Counted from the stretch's first letter, positions 24,930 through 37,627 are shown. The stretch is 64,000 nt of DNA from Octopus sinensis (GCF_006345805.1 NC_043011.1:7130001-7194000); one strand, 5' to 3'. Made by a program: numbers and translations. Notes: generated by a model not told the origin, from the letters alone.

Positions 24930-25871
24930 CATGATGGCCAATCAGGTGGTACTGGCAACAACCATGCTCAAAAGGTGTTTTTTACGTGCCACCTGCACGG
25001 GAGCCAGTCCGGTGTCACTGGCAACGACATGGAACACTTTCCATAGGCACTAGTGTTTCCAAACCCTGGGTAGTAGCATGTATCAGGGTCCCAGTTATGG
25101 GTGAATTAACATGCAAATAGAGATTGGCTGTGAATGTAGGAATAAACAGATCCAGACCAAATTACAGGTGGCCCCTTTTCAAGGCCTAGCATTTGGTAAC
25201 CACACAAGCCAGAGGTGAAATCATAAAATGCATCATGATTGTGAATTCTTTCAGCAGATGAACTCATTGAGTAAATCTTTTATGTTTTGTCTCTTACTCG
25301 TTTGAGTCATTAGACTGCGGCCATGCTGGGGCACCACCTTGAAGAATTTTTAGTCTAACAAATCAACCTAAGTACTGCTAAGCTGATACTTATTCTATCA
25401 GTTTGTTTTGCCAAACATCTAAGTTACAGGGACATAAACACACCAACACTGGTTGTCAAGCGATGGTGGGGAGACAAACACAGACACACACATATACAAC
25501 GGGCTTCTTCCAGTTTCCCTCTACCAAATCTACTCACAAGGCTTTAATCCAAGTATAACCTGGTACACTGGTATAACCAAGTATAACTCTGGCTTGTGTG
25601 GTTACCAAATGCTAGGCCTTGCCAAGGGGCCATCTGTAATTTGGTCTGGAGCTGTTTATTCCAACATTCACAGCCAATCTCTATTTGCATGTTAATTCAC
25701 CCATAACTGGGACCCTGATACATGCTACTACCCAGGGTTTGGAAACACTAGTGGCTATGAAAAGTGTTCCATGTCATTGCCAGTGCCACCGGACTGGCTC
25801 CTGTGCAGGTGGCACATAAAAAACACCTTTTGAGCATGGTCGTTGCCAGTACCACCTGATTGGCCATCGTG
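24930..25871. repeat. Local inverted duplication: 285-bp arms with an about 370-bp spacer
   Basis: 24930-25214 is the reverse complement of 25587-25871; each arm is an RTE 3' UTR piece plus otherwise single-copy sequence. Confidence 0.9.
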
Positions 25872-26586
25872 TGTTGCTAAATGCTTGTAGCGGTCTTATT
25901 TCCTCTAAAAGCCACAGAATAATTCAAAGCTAGGTGAAACAAAAATCACACCAGAAACGAACAAGAAGACATACATCAATATTTTGCAGTTTTGCTTCTC
26001 ATTGGTGTTGTCTAAGTGCAGCTAGATGCGTTTAACCACACACCAACATTAAGTATGTGATACTGGGCATGTTTACAGTATCAAGCTATTTTAACACAAA
26101 CTTTGAATTTTGTTCTAATTGTGCAGCACTTTTTCACATCAGCAGATAGATTTTTATGCTTCTGGTTGACAATTCAAATTCATTTCAGAAATGAAATAAG
26201 ACTATGGCACTGATGAGCAGGAAATACCATGAAATATCAATATATGTTGTTCTTGTTCACTTCCAGAGCAGTCTTTTTTTTTTTTGCCTAACTTGAAGTA
26301 TCCTGTGCGTTTTAACACAATATGTTTTTAAAGGAGCCTCACTGAGACAAAATACTGCAGATACAAGTGTTTAACAACACACATTAAATATATCATTTTG
26401 ATAAGGCTTACATTATTGAGCTGCTTCTAACACAAAATTTGGAAAATGTTTTCATATTTTTCATCTAAAAAAACAAGGAAGACAATGCAAATGAAAGATG
26501 CCAACCACATCAATTTACCAATGGCACCAAGATTGTAAAAGAAAGAACCAAACACAAACACAGGGTATAAGATGATGTTCTCTTAC

Positions 26587-26773
26587 CGATTTGACAAAAC
26601 GCCATCATAGCTAGATCTTTGTGTGTTATTTCGTCTGATGTTTTCTCCTTCAAGAACGGCAAACCGCACACACTCAAAATTTGCTGCAGTGGTTTTTTAT
26701 AAACGTCATTTTCTTCGAATCGATCACAGCATATATTCAATATATTGACAACTTCAAGTAAATCTTTGAGGAG
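26587..26773 (-). CDS. CFAP69: CFAP69 coding exon 4 (LLKDLLEVVNILNICCDRFEE...VCGLPFLKEKTSDEITHKDLAMMAFCQI+g)
   Basis: 187 nt, phase 0 to 1, GTAAG donor. Strong match to the recalled CFAP69 motif LCGLPFLKKKVSDEITY. Confidence 0.95.
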
Positions 26774-26931
26774 CTAAAATGGTTTAAGGTTTCATATCAA
26801 TGTGCAGTGGAACTCAGTTTACCAATGCCTTGTTCTATCAGTCTCTTTTGCCAAATCGCTAAGTTACAGGGACATAAACACACCAACATCGGTTGTCAAG
26901 CAATGGTGGGGAGACAAACACAGATACACAA

Positions 26932-26980
<49 letters not shown>

Positions 26981-28092
26981 TATACGACAGGTTTCTTTCA
27001 GTTTCCATCCACCAAATCCACTCACAAGGCTTTGGTCGGCTTGATGCCATAGTAAAAGACACTTGCCCAAGGTGTCACGTAGTGGGACTGAACCCGAAAC
27101 CATGTGGTTGGGAAGCAAGCTTCTTACCACACAGCCACTCCCGTGCCTCCAATTTCAGCAGCACATATTTAGGGAAATGTTTTTGATGCATCAAAGCATG
27201 GAATCTAGACCCATCCTCTCATACAGAATCCAGAGGTAATTTTTTTTTCTATTCAGACATTTTCTTAGAGAAAAATATGTATCTTATATGCCATGAAATA
27301 CAGTAACTGAAAATGACAAGTGTGTAACACCCAGGTGGAATGGCCAAATGATTGACATTTGACTTGGTTCCAGAATATGAAATTATCCAAATTACTAAAT
27401 AGCTATCCCACACAGCTGATTGGTATCTAGTTTTGAAATGTGGAAAACAGGGTATCCCCATTATATAATAGGACAATGTAATACCCAGGTAGAATATTGA
27501 GGCTTGTATGTTTAACAATCTAGAAATAATTACTCATCATTTATTCTTTTAATGGTTTCAGCTATAGGGTTGCAGCCAGTTTTGTTATCCTTTTATGACT
27601 GGAGGTTGGTCTACAATCAAGTTTGCAGCAGCTGATCATCCCTGGAGTGTATCCTTGAATGATCAGCTGGTCCAGCATCACCGTTAGGGGTTTATCCTTA
27701 AATGTTTCAGGAGAGATTCCTATTTACATTTCTGATTTCTTTAAACGACAAAGTTGAACAATTAAGGAATTCTGAATATCAGACTCATACGATATAATGG
27801 GTTTTTTTCCCAAATAATATCAGACAATATTTTTGCTTTGAGTTTTTATCTACCAAATCCACCGACAAAGCTTAGTCAACCCGGGGCTGTAGAAGACATA
27901 TTCCCCAAGTGACACATAATGGGACTAAACCTAAAACCATGGGGTTATGAAGTAAAAGTCTTAGCTACACCTAGAAACACCAGTACCTTATTGTGTGCAT
28001 ACACACACACACACATTCTCTTTCATTTTATTGGCCACTGTGAGCCCAACACAGAGGGTACGAACAAGGACCTACAACACAAAGTGGGGACA

Positions 28093-30002
28093 TCATCATC
28101 ATCATCGTTTAACGTCCATTTTCTATGCTGGCATGGGTTGGATGATTTTACTGAGGTCTGACGCCCCAGATGGCTGCACCAGGCTCCAATCTTGATCTGA
28201 CAGAGTTTCTACAGCTGGATGCTCTTCCTAACGCCAACCACTCAGAGAGTGTAGTGGGTGCTTTTACATGCCACCGGCATGAAGGCCAGTCAGGCGGTAC
28301 TGGCAATGGCCACGCTCAAGTGGTGTCTTTTATGTGCCACCAACACAAGTGCCAGGAAGGCAATGCAGGTAACGATCACACTCGAATGGTGCTTTTTACG
28401 TGCCACCGGCATGGAGGCCAGATTTTTGCTCTGGCAACAATCACGCCTCGTATGGTACTCTTAGTGCTCTACTAGCATGGATGCTGGTCATCGAATTTGA
28501 TTTTGATTTCGATTTCACTTGCTTCAACAGGTCTTCGTAAGTAGAGCTTAGTGTCCAATAAAGGAAAGGTACGCATATGAGGGCATAGGCCACAAGGTTA
28601 TGGTCTCACTTGAGCTTGCTGAGTCTTCTCAAGCACAGCATATTTCCAAAGGTCCTGGTCACTAGTCATTACCTCAGTGAGGCCAAATGTTTGACGGTCA
28701 TGCTTCACCATCTCATCCCAGGTCTTCCTGGGTCTACCTCTTCCACAGGTTCCCTCAACCACTAGGGTGTGGCACTTTTTCACACAGCTATCCACATCCA
28801 TTCTCTCCACATGGCCATACCAGCACAGTTGTCTCTCTTGCACACCACATCTGATGTTTCTTAGGTCCAACTTTTCTCTCAAGGTATTTACACTCTGTCG
28901 AGTATGCACACTGACATTACACATCCATCAGAGCATACTGGCTTCATTCCTTGTGAGCTTACGCATGTCCTCAGCAGTCACGGCCCATGTTTCACTGCCA
29001 TGTAGCATGGCTGTTCGTACACATACGTCATACAGTCTGCCTTTTACTCTGAGCGAGAGGCCCTTTGTCACCAGCTGGGGTAAGAGCTCTCTGAACTTTG
29101 CCCAGGCTATTCTTATTCTAGCAGCCAGACTTAGAGTGCACCCTCCCCACTACTGACTTGGTCACCTAGGTAACGAAAGCTATCAATTACTTCTAGTTTT
29201 TCTCCCTGGAACATGGTAGACGTTGGTCTCTGCACATTTTCAGTGTTATTTATTGCTCCCGAGCATCTGCCACATATAAAAACTATCTTCCCAGTTAGCC
29301 TTCCTTTGATATTGCTGCACCTTTTATGTGTCCATAGCTTACACTGGGTACATCTTATAGAGTTTCTGCCTATGCCTATTCTACAGATCAAGCAGGGCCA
29401 TCTACCTGAAGGGATTTGTGGTTTGCGTGCCTTCCTACTTATTAGGATTTGGATTTAGCTAGGTTGACTCTAAGGCCCTTCGATTCTAATCCTTGTTTCC
29501 ACACTTGAAACTTCTCTTCTAGTTCTGATAGTGACTCAGCAATTAGAACAAGGTCGTCAGCATAGAGTAGCTCCCAGGGGCATCCTGTCTTGAATTCTCC
29601 GTTATTGCCTGGAGGGCTATGATAAATAGGAGGGTCTGAGGACTGAACCTTGGTGGACCCTACCTCTACCCGGAATTCTTCACTGTACTTGTTGCCAACC
29701 CTCACCTTACACAGCTCTCACTAACCATTCATCTATCCCTAGCTTCCTCATTGACCACCAGATAAGTGATCAGGGGGACCCTATCAAAGGCTTTCTCCAT
29801 GTCAACAAAAGCCAGGTACAGAGGTTTATCTTTGGTTAGGTATTTCTCCCGCAGCTGTCTTACCAGGAATATAGCATCAGTGGTGCTTTTCCCCGGCACG
29901 AACCCAAACTGCATCTCATCTAAACTGACTCTTTCCCTAATTAGTTGGGCTATGACCCTCTCCATGACCTTCATTACCTGATCCAACAACTTGATACCTC
30001 CC
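28093..30002 (-). mobile_element. 5'-truncated RTE LINE (RT domain, PHD-like insertion, C-terminus, 3' UTR), frameshifted
   Basis: QFGFVPGKSTTDAIF, FVDMEKAFDRVP, LLYADDLVL, then the C4HC3 motif and RQLCWYGHVERM; (CAT)n at 28093. Confidence 0.95.
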
Positions 30003-30045
30003 ATGAAACATAAACGAATGAATGAAATGAATTTATATAATATAT

Positions 30046-30278
30046 CAGGGTGTAATGGCTATGCGAGACCCGCTCTCAAGTAGTACCATTTAACTATTTT
30101 TTACCCCAATATTTATCAAATTAAAATTACTTTATTAGATCATATATTTCCCAACCTTATACAGTGTCTCCTAGTGAGACACACTGTAGAATTTACAAAA
30201 CTCTCAATATTCGCCCCTACTTGTTCCGATCTTAGTTCCTGGTGTTTAAAATATGTCCCAATGTTATGACACACCCTG
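30046..30278. mobile_element. Tc1/mariner-like MITE
   Basis: Termini CAGGGTGT...ACACCCTG followed by TA. Confidence 0.4.
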
Positions 30279-30299
30279 TATAAAAGGTATAACTCTTTT

Positions 30300-30589
30300 A
30301 TTGGTCGTTGCCAGTACCGCCTGACTGGCTCCCATACCAGTGGCACATAAAAAGCACCATTTGAGCATGGCTGTTGCCAGTGCCGCCTGACTGGCTCCTG
30401 TGCTGGTGGCACGTAAAAAGCACCCACTACACTCTCGGAGTGGTTGGCGTTAGGAAGGACATCCAGATGTAGAAACTCTGCCAGATCAGATTGGAGCCTG
30501 ACACAGCCTCCTGGCTCGCCAGTCCTCAGTCAAACTGCCAACCCATGACAGCATGGAAAGCGGACATTAAACGATGATGATGATGATGA
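30300..30589 (+). mobile_element. RTE LINE 3' UTR fragment
   Basis: Family 3' UTR with (GAT)n tail. Confidence 0.85.
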
Positions 30590-30658
30590 TTAAAACAAAG
30601 GAAGTTCTTTCCAGAAATATAATCAAATAAAAACAAAAGATTCCCGTGGAAAGGATAC

Positions 30659-30724
30659 AAATCCATCTTTGTAGTCTCGGACTATTTTCTGTAAAGACCG
30701 AGCATGGCGCTGGTAGAGTTCTCT
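30659..30724 (-). CDS. CFAP69: CFAP69 coding exon 3 (RELYQRHARSLQKIVRDYKDGF)
   Basis: T-rich AG acceptor, 66 nt, phase 0 to 0, followed by the U12 donor. Confidence 0.92.
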
Positions 30725-30869
30725 CTAAAAAAAAAAAAGAAAAAAATATTCATCATTTGAACTACATTTCAAATTTAACATTGATTTACTGAACATTTAT
30801 TTGTATCTAGTCTGGCTGATTGCATATATTTAATTTGGGCACAGGTGTTAAATTAATGAGTCATCGTGC

Positions 30870-31250
30870 CAACAGCCACCTTGAGCACCTTTCTGAGCTC
30901 CATATGGGAACACCTGCTCGTGGACACACCTACAAAGTCAGAAAACAGCACAGCTCCCATGACTTTCAGAAACATTTTTTTCACACCCAGAGTTGCTGAA
31001 ACATGGAACAAACTACTTGCATCAGTTGTTAGTTGCTGAGACATTGCTTCCTTTAAAACCTCCATGCTTCCTGAAATTCGCCAACACTACACCTGATATC
31101 CTCCATACGCATGCACCCATGTATATCACGACTCATACACTGATCACTTTTCTGACTTTTGTACATAATTATATGTACTGTACATGCACCTTTAATGAGT
31201 TGTAGTGCACCTGAGCACCATACACAATAATTTCATTCATTATTATTATA
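30870..31250 (+). mobile_element. CR1-clade LINE 3' end
   Basis: GHTYKVRKQHSSHDFQKHFF; tail GTAGTGCACCTGAGCAC...(TAT)n, shared with copies near 7030, 9820, 35425 and 62149. Confidence 0.85.
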
Positions 31251-31327
31251 TCTGAGTCTGATGAGCTAAGTTCTTGTAACAAGCCTACAGAGCTTAAAGT
31301 TGCACGAGGCCGAATCAAACTGTTTGA

Positions 31328-31384
<57 letters not shown>

Positions 31385-31509
31385 TGAACGAACTAGTGAG
31401 TTTAGCTTAATGGCCTACCAATGTATACTATGAGTTTCTTTGCCCTAGGAGTCAGGAAGACACTTGGCAAGAAATGGAAGCAAATTTGAAAGAAGAAGAA
31501 AAACCCATA

Positions 31510-31549
<40 letters not shown>

Positions 31550-31773
31550 GTAATAATAATAATAATCCTTTCTACTATAAGTACAAGACCTGGAATTTGT
31601 GGGGAGGGGATAAGTTGATTTCATCAAACCCAATACTTAACTGGTACTTAATTTATCAACCCCGAAAGGATGAAAGGCAAAGTCGACCACAGTGGAATTT
31701 GAACTCATAACAAGCATTTTTCTCCACATGTTAACAGTTCTGCCAGCTTGCTGCCATAATAATAGTATTATTG

Positions 31774-31804
<31 letters not shown>

Positions 31805-31974
31805 AACAACTGGTATAAAAATTGGTTGATTGATTTTCTCCAGTCATGTGTTACATCGTATACGGAGAGAGTAAAAAAGAGATACAGAGTCAAGAGGTGC
31901 AGGATGAATGCACATACTAGGCTTGGTGGCAGGCAATGATTAAAAGAACAGTATACACTCACACACGTCACTTA

Positions 31975-32370
31975 TACATGCTTAAAATATGTGCCTGTAT
32001 GGAACAACAGCCTGGATGCTGACCAAAAAATCTGGAATCCAAGCTAGATGGAACTTACACCCAAATGTTAAAAGCGTTTTTAAATGTATTCTGGAAGAAC
32101 TCGTCCCACCAAGAAACAGCTGTATGGAAAATTCCTGTCTCTTTCCCCCATCATAAGGGAAATGCACTCGTGTTTTGCAGAACAAGCTAAACAAGAGCTA
32201 ACAAACGACCTACTGCTATGGATGCCAGAGCATGGCAACCAAGTACAACATATGTAGATGAACTCAGCAGAGACCCTGGATGCCCCTCTGAAAGACCTCC
32301 CTCAACTAACGCAGAACTGAAATGGACGGCGTACATGGAAGTCAACATTGTCCGAGCAAGCTCAACCAGA
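31975..32370 (+). mobile_element. Old RTE-like LINE C-terminal fragment (second family)
   Basis: Degenerate WMLTKK.ESKLDGTYTQML...PTKKQLYGK, homologous to 61140-61580. Confidence 0.65.
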
Positions 32371-32489
32371 TGCTCATTGATTTACTAAGCACCTATACCT
32401 AACCTCCTGGCTGTTTGCATATTTCTAACTTGGGCACAGATGTTTAATTTGTTTAATTAATGAGTATCTCTCTCTATATATATATATAT

Positions 32490-33832
32490 ATTCTCTTTTA
32501 CTCTTTTACTTGTTTCAGCCATTTGACTGTGGCCATGCTGGAGCACCGCCTTTAGTTGAGCAAATCGACCCTGGGACTCATTCTTTGTAAGCCCGGTACT
32601 TATTCTATCGGTCTCTTTTGCCGAACCGCTAAGTGACGGGGACGTAAACACACCAGCATCGGTTGTCAAGCAATGCTAGGGGGACAAACACAGACACACA
32701 AACACACACATGCATATATATACATATATACGACAGGCTTCTTTCAGTTTCCGTCTACCAAATCCACTCACAAGGAATTGGTCGGCCCGGGGCTATAGCA
32801 GAAGACACTTGCCCAAGATGCCACGCAGTGGGACTGAACCCGGAACCATGTGGTTGGTAAGCAAGCTACTTACCACACAGCCACTCCTGCGCCTATATAT
32901 ATATTTTTTTAATCTTTTACTTGTTTCAGTCATTAAGACTGCAGTGATTCTGCAGCAATGCCCTGAAGAATTTATGCTTTTAAGTCTGGTACTTCATCGA
33001 TCCCCTTTGTCAAGCTGCTAAGTTAGAGGGATGTAAACACACCAACACTGGTTGTCGAGTGGTGGGGAAGGAGATAAAACAAAGCTATATATATATATAT
33101 TCTTTTATTTGTTTCAGTCATTTGACTGCAGCCATGTTGGAGCACTACATTTAGTCGAACAAATCGACCCCAGGACTAATTCTTTGTAAGCCTAGTACTT
33201 AATCTATCAGTTTCTTTTGCCAAACCACAAAGTTAGGGGACGGGAACACACCAAGATCGGTTGTCAAGTGATGGTGGGAAGACAAACACACACATATATA
33301 CGATGGGCTTCTTTCAGTTTCCATCTACCAAATCCACTCACAAGGCTTTGGTCAGCCTGAGGCTACAGTAAAAGACACTTGCCCAAGGTACCATGCAGTA
33401 GGACTGAACCCGGAACCATGTGGTTGGTAAGTAAGCTACTTACCACACACCTACATCTATATACTCTTTTACTCTTACTTGTTTCAGTCATTTGACTGCA
33501 GCCATGCTGGAGCACCACCTTTAGTCAAGCAAATCGACCAGTATTTATTTTATCGGTCTCTTTTGCTGAACCGCTAATTGATGGGGACATAAACACACCA
33601 GCATCGGTTGTCAAGCAATACTAGGGGGACAAACACAGAAACACAAACATACATACACACATATATATACATCTATACGACGGGCTTCTTTGAGTTTTCG
33701 CCTAACAAATCCACTCACAAGGCTTTGGTTGGCCAGAGACTATAGTAGAAGACGCTTGCCCAAGATGCCACGCTGTGGGACTGAACCCATAACCATGTGG
33801 TTGGTAAGCAAGCTACTTACCACACAGCCATG
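32490..33832 (-). mobile_element. Cluster of 3-4 co-oriented CORE-like SINE copies
   Basis: Repeated GTTTCAGTCATTTGACTG...CCACACAGCC blocks. Confidence 0.88.
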
Positions 33833-34010
33833 CTTAGCGGTATTTCGTCTGCCATTACATTCTGAGTTCAAATTCTGCCAAGTCAACTTTGTCTTTCATC
33901 CTTTTGGGGGTCGATAAATTAAGTACTAGTTACGCACTGGGGTCGATGTAATCGACTTAATCCCTTTGTTTGTCCCCTCTATGTTTAGCCCCTTGTGGGC
34001 AATAAAGAAA
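33833..34010 (+). mobile_element. MetaSINE-like SINE, 5'-truncated
   Basis: Same family as 18593-19199. Confidence 0.85.
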
Positions 34011-34084
34011 TATATACATATATATATGTGACCTCGTGCGTACCAAAATGTGAACAAAATGTGTACCAAAATGTGACCTCGTGT

Positions 34085-34270
34085 GTACCGTTGGCAATTT
34101 TATTTCCTCTGTCTTCCCTTCTCTGGATCTTTCCTTCTCCTATGTTTCTGACAAAGAGCTCCGCTCGAAACGTTAAATCCTCCTTCTTTCCTGAGCGTCC
34201 AATAATACTATATTTGTTCCACGTCCTTGCGTTGTTGTGTTTTTTTGTGCTTTCTTGTTTGGATTAACTA
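34085..34270 (+). mobile_element. Penelope-type short repeat with hammerhead-like core (34144-34177)
   Basis: gttt-CTGACAA-A-GAGC(tcc)GCTC-GAAACGTT-aaa, followed by TTCCTGAGCG and a T-rich tail. Confidence 0.6.
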
Positions 34271-34554
34271 TGTGTATATATATATACTTACATACATATA
34301 TACATACATACATACATACATACATACACAATGGTTCTTTCACTGCCTGTCCAACAAATCTACTCGCAAGGTTTTGGTCAGCCTGAGGCTATTGTAAAAA
34401 CACTTGCCCAAGGTGTTGCACAGTGCAATTGAACCTAGAACCATGTGGTTAGGAAGCAAGTTTCCTACCACACAGCCATGCCTGCACCTATTAATTAATG
34501 CATGTCTATGTTTATCTATTTTAAAATGTATTTTTAATCTAAATGTTAATATTA

Positions 34555-35214
34555 AGGGTTGTCCAGAAGTCACCCGACAGTCAATCAAAATTCCATAAAT
34601 GCTATCTGTAATTCTGTATTGACCGGAATGGAAAAACGTGTCACTCAAGAAGGATTTCAGTTTCAACAATTTTCATAGTGTTTCATATTTAGATGCTTTT
34701 ATTAAGTTCATTCAGTTCATCATCATCATCATCATCATCGTTTAACATCCGTTTTCCATGCTAGCACCGGTTGGACGGTTCAACCAGGATCTGGGAAGCC
34801 CGGAGGCTGCACCAGGCTCCAGTCTGATCTGGCAGTGTTTCTAAAGCTGGATGCCCTTCCTAACGCCAACCACTCCGTGAGTGTAGTGGGTGCTTTTTAC
34901 GTGCCAGGGGAGTCCGGCATCGGCCACGATCGGTTGGTGCTTTTAACGTGCCAGGCGGCGCTGGCATCGGTCATGTTCGGATGGTGCATTTTATGTGCCA
35001 CCGGCACAGAAGCCAGTTGAGGCGGTGCTGGCATCTTTAATTCTGTATTGACTCGAATGGGAAAATGTGTCGCTCAAGAAGGACTTCAGTTTGAACAATT
35101 TTCATGATGTTTCATATTTAGATGCTTTTTATTAAATTTATTCAGTTGTTAAACATAAATAAATCTTGGAATCAAATGGTTTTGTTTTACTGTCAGGTGA
35201 GTTTTGGCCAACCC
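34555..35214. mobile_element. Tc1/mariner-like MITE interrupted by an RTE 3' fragment (34718-35037, minus) with about 110-bp flanking direct repeats
   Basis: Imperfect TIRs GGGTTGTCCAGAAGTCACCCGACAGT and ACTGTCAGGTGAGTTTTGGCCAACCC; direct repeats at 34609-34717 and 35038-35147. Confidence 0.7.
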
Positions 35215-35423
35215 GATGGCTATCAATGTAATTTATTAAAATAACTTAAAAGAAAATTCAATTAACCAGCAAATTAGTTTCAATTTAATACAGGAATTAA
35301 TTTCTTGTGTATGAGATTAGTTTCAGAGATTAACACTGAGAGGAGATAAACTTTCTTTAATCTGAGAGAAGAAGTTGACTACAATCCAGAGAAGAGATCA
35401 AATAATTTAACCCAGATGAAGAT

Positions 35424-35424
<1 letters not shown>

Positions 35425-35459
<35 letters not shown>

Positions 35460-35880
35460 TGTGTACAGTGCTCAGGTGCACTACAACTCATCTGTGTAGT
35501 TTCAGCAGATTTCGGAAAGCATGAGGGCCTTAAAGGATGCAGTGTCATGGCAGTCAACAACTGACGCAGGCAGTTTATTCCATGTTTCAGCAACTCTGAG
35601 CGTGAAAAATGTTTCCGAAAGTCATGGGAGCTGTGTTGTTTTCTGACTTTGTAGGCATGTCCACGTGTGTTAGACACATGGAGATCAAAAAGGTGTTCAG
35701 TGTTGTTGTTGGTGAGGTGGTTGATAACTTTGTGGGTGTTTACCAAGTCCGTCGCCAGATGCCGGAGCTTCAGTGAATCCATGCCCAGGGAAACAAGGCG
35801 CTCAGAATATGGTAGGTGTCTGATGGAGGGTATGCGTTTGGTTGCACGTCTCTGGACAGATTCCAGGAGGTCAATGTTAT
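35425..35880 (-). mobile_element. CR1-clade LINE 3' fragment
   Basis: IDLLESVQRRATKRIP...TRGHAYKVRK; (TAT)n tail. Confidence 0.88.
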
Positions 35881-35913
35881 GAAGATAAAAGATAATGAAT
35901 AGCTGATACTCAC

Positions 35914-35976
35914 TGAATAAGGATCCTTTAAAAGCGTTATCACTTTCTTTAGGTTGACTGGTCCCAAAAGGGCACT
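35914..35976 (-). CDS. CFAP69: CFAP69 coding exon 2 (SALLGPVNLKKVITLLKDPYS)
   Basis: tctttcAG acceptor, GTGAGT donor, 63 nt, phase 0 to 0. Resembles recalled KPMDLNRVIKLLEE. Confidence 0.9.
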
Positions 35977-36179
35977 CTGAAAGAGACAAAGGGTATGTAT
36001 ATAATGTGTATGTATAATGTATTTGTGCATAATGTACACATGTACACATTTGTATATGTATGTATGCATGCATGTATATATATATATACATGTATGCAGT
36101 GGTGAACTGGGGCTAAAAATATTGGTTGCCAGGAGACTAAGGGGGCTCCACCCACAAATACAATGCTATCATTTTGATT

Positions 36180-37070
36180 TACTCTCTCTCTCTCTCTTTT
36201 ACTTGTTTCAGTCATTTGACTGCGGCCATACTGGAGCACCGCCTTTAGTCGAGAAAATCAACCCCGGGAATTATTCTTTTTGTAAGCCAAGTACTTATTC
36301 TATCGGTCTCTTTTGCCGAACCGCTAAGTAACGGGGACGTAAACACACCAGCATCAATTGTCAAGCAATGCTAAGGGGGACAAACACAGACACACAAACA
36401 TATACACACACATCATCATCATCATCATCATCGTTTAGCGTCCGTTTTCCATGCTAGCATGGGTTAGACGGGTCAACTGGGGTCTGTGAAGCTGGAAGGC
36501 TTCGTCAGGCCCAGTCAGATCTGGCAGTGTTTCTACGGCTGGATGCCCTTCCTAACGCCAACCACTCCGCGAGTGTAGTGGGTGTTTTTTACGTGCCACC
36601 TGCACAGGTGCCAGACAGAGCTGGTGAACGGCCACGAACGGATGGTGCTTTTACGTGTCACCGGCACGGGGCCAGGCGATGCTGGCAACGGACACGAACG
36701 GATGGTGCTTTTACGTGCCACCAACACGGGACCAGACAGAGCTGGCAACCGGCCACGAACGGACGGTGCTTTTACGTGTCACCGGCACTGGGGTCAGCCG
36801 AGGCTGGCAACGGACGCGAACGGATGGTGCTTTTACGTGCCACCGACACGGTTGCCAGACAGAGCTGGCAAACGGCCACGAGCGGACGGTGCATACATAT
36901 ATATATACATATATATGACAGGCTTCTTTCAGTTTCCATCTACGAAATCCACTCACAAGGCATCGGTTGGCCCAGGGCTATAGCAGAAGATATTTGCCCA
37001 AGATGCCACGCAGTGGGACTGAACCCGGAACCATGTGGTTGGTTAGCAAGCTACTTACCACACAGCCACT
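36180..37070 (-). mobile_element. CORE-like SINE split by an RTE 3' UTR insertion (36412-36890) carrying about 63-bp tandem modules
   Basis: SINE 3' half 36180-36411, RTE (CAT)n at 36412, and the SINE 5' half resumes at about 36895. Confidence 0.85.
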
Positions 37071-37627
37071 CTTTTTTTTTCTTTTTTTTTTGTTAAAAGT
37101 ATTCTTTTCGACTGTCTACAAACATAGTCAGGCTGAAATAATTAATGCATTCTTCAAGGAGTGAAGAAAAAATTCTCAAACTTGAGGGGATGGGCCCCAC
37201 CATACATGGATTCTAATGGTGCAGGGGCCAACTTGCCAACGAACAAGCTGGCAACTCCATCATTGCATGTATGAGTGTATACACAAATGTATACACCACA
37301 CATACACGTATGTACATGTGATGAAGGTGCATGGCTCATGAGGTAGTGAGTTCAATTCCTGGGACTGGGCAGTGTGTTGTGTTCTTAAGCAAGATCCCCA
37401 TTTCATGTTATTCCATGTCACTGGTTCCAAGCTGTATCGGCCCCTTTGCTTTTCCCTTGGATAACATCAGTGGCATGGAGAGGCGAGGCTGGTATGCATG
37501 AGTGACTGCTGGTCTTCCATAAACCACCTAGACTGGACTTGTGCCTCGGAGGGTAACCTTCTAGGTGCAATCCCATGGTCAGTCATGACTGAAGGTGTTT
37601 TTTTACCCTTTATGCAAATGTGTATGT

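Larger units (their letters stand above)
26774..30658 (-). other. U12-type (minor spliceosome) GT-AG intron of CFAP69, 3885 nt
   Basis: 5' site GTATCCTTT (30650-30658). Branch-like ACCTTAA (26784-26790) lies close to the AG with no long polypyrimidine tract. Phase 0. Confidence 0.88.

Noticed and set aside
25870-26760. Apparent piggyBac transposase relic
   Set aside because: The informative part is CFAP69 exon 4 on the minus strand; the remainder has no convincing motif.
31255-31310. CTGATGAG motif
   Set aside because: No downstream GAAA or paired stems.
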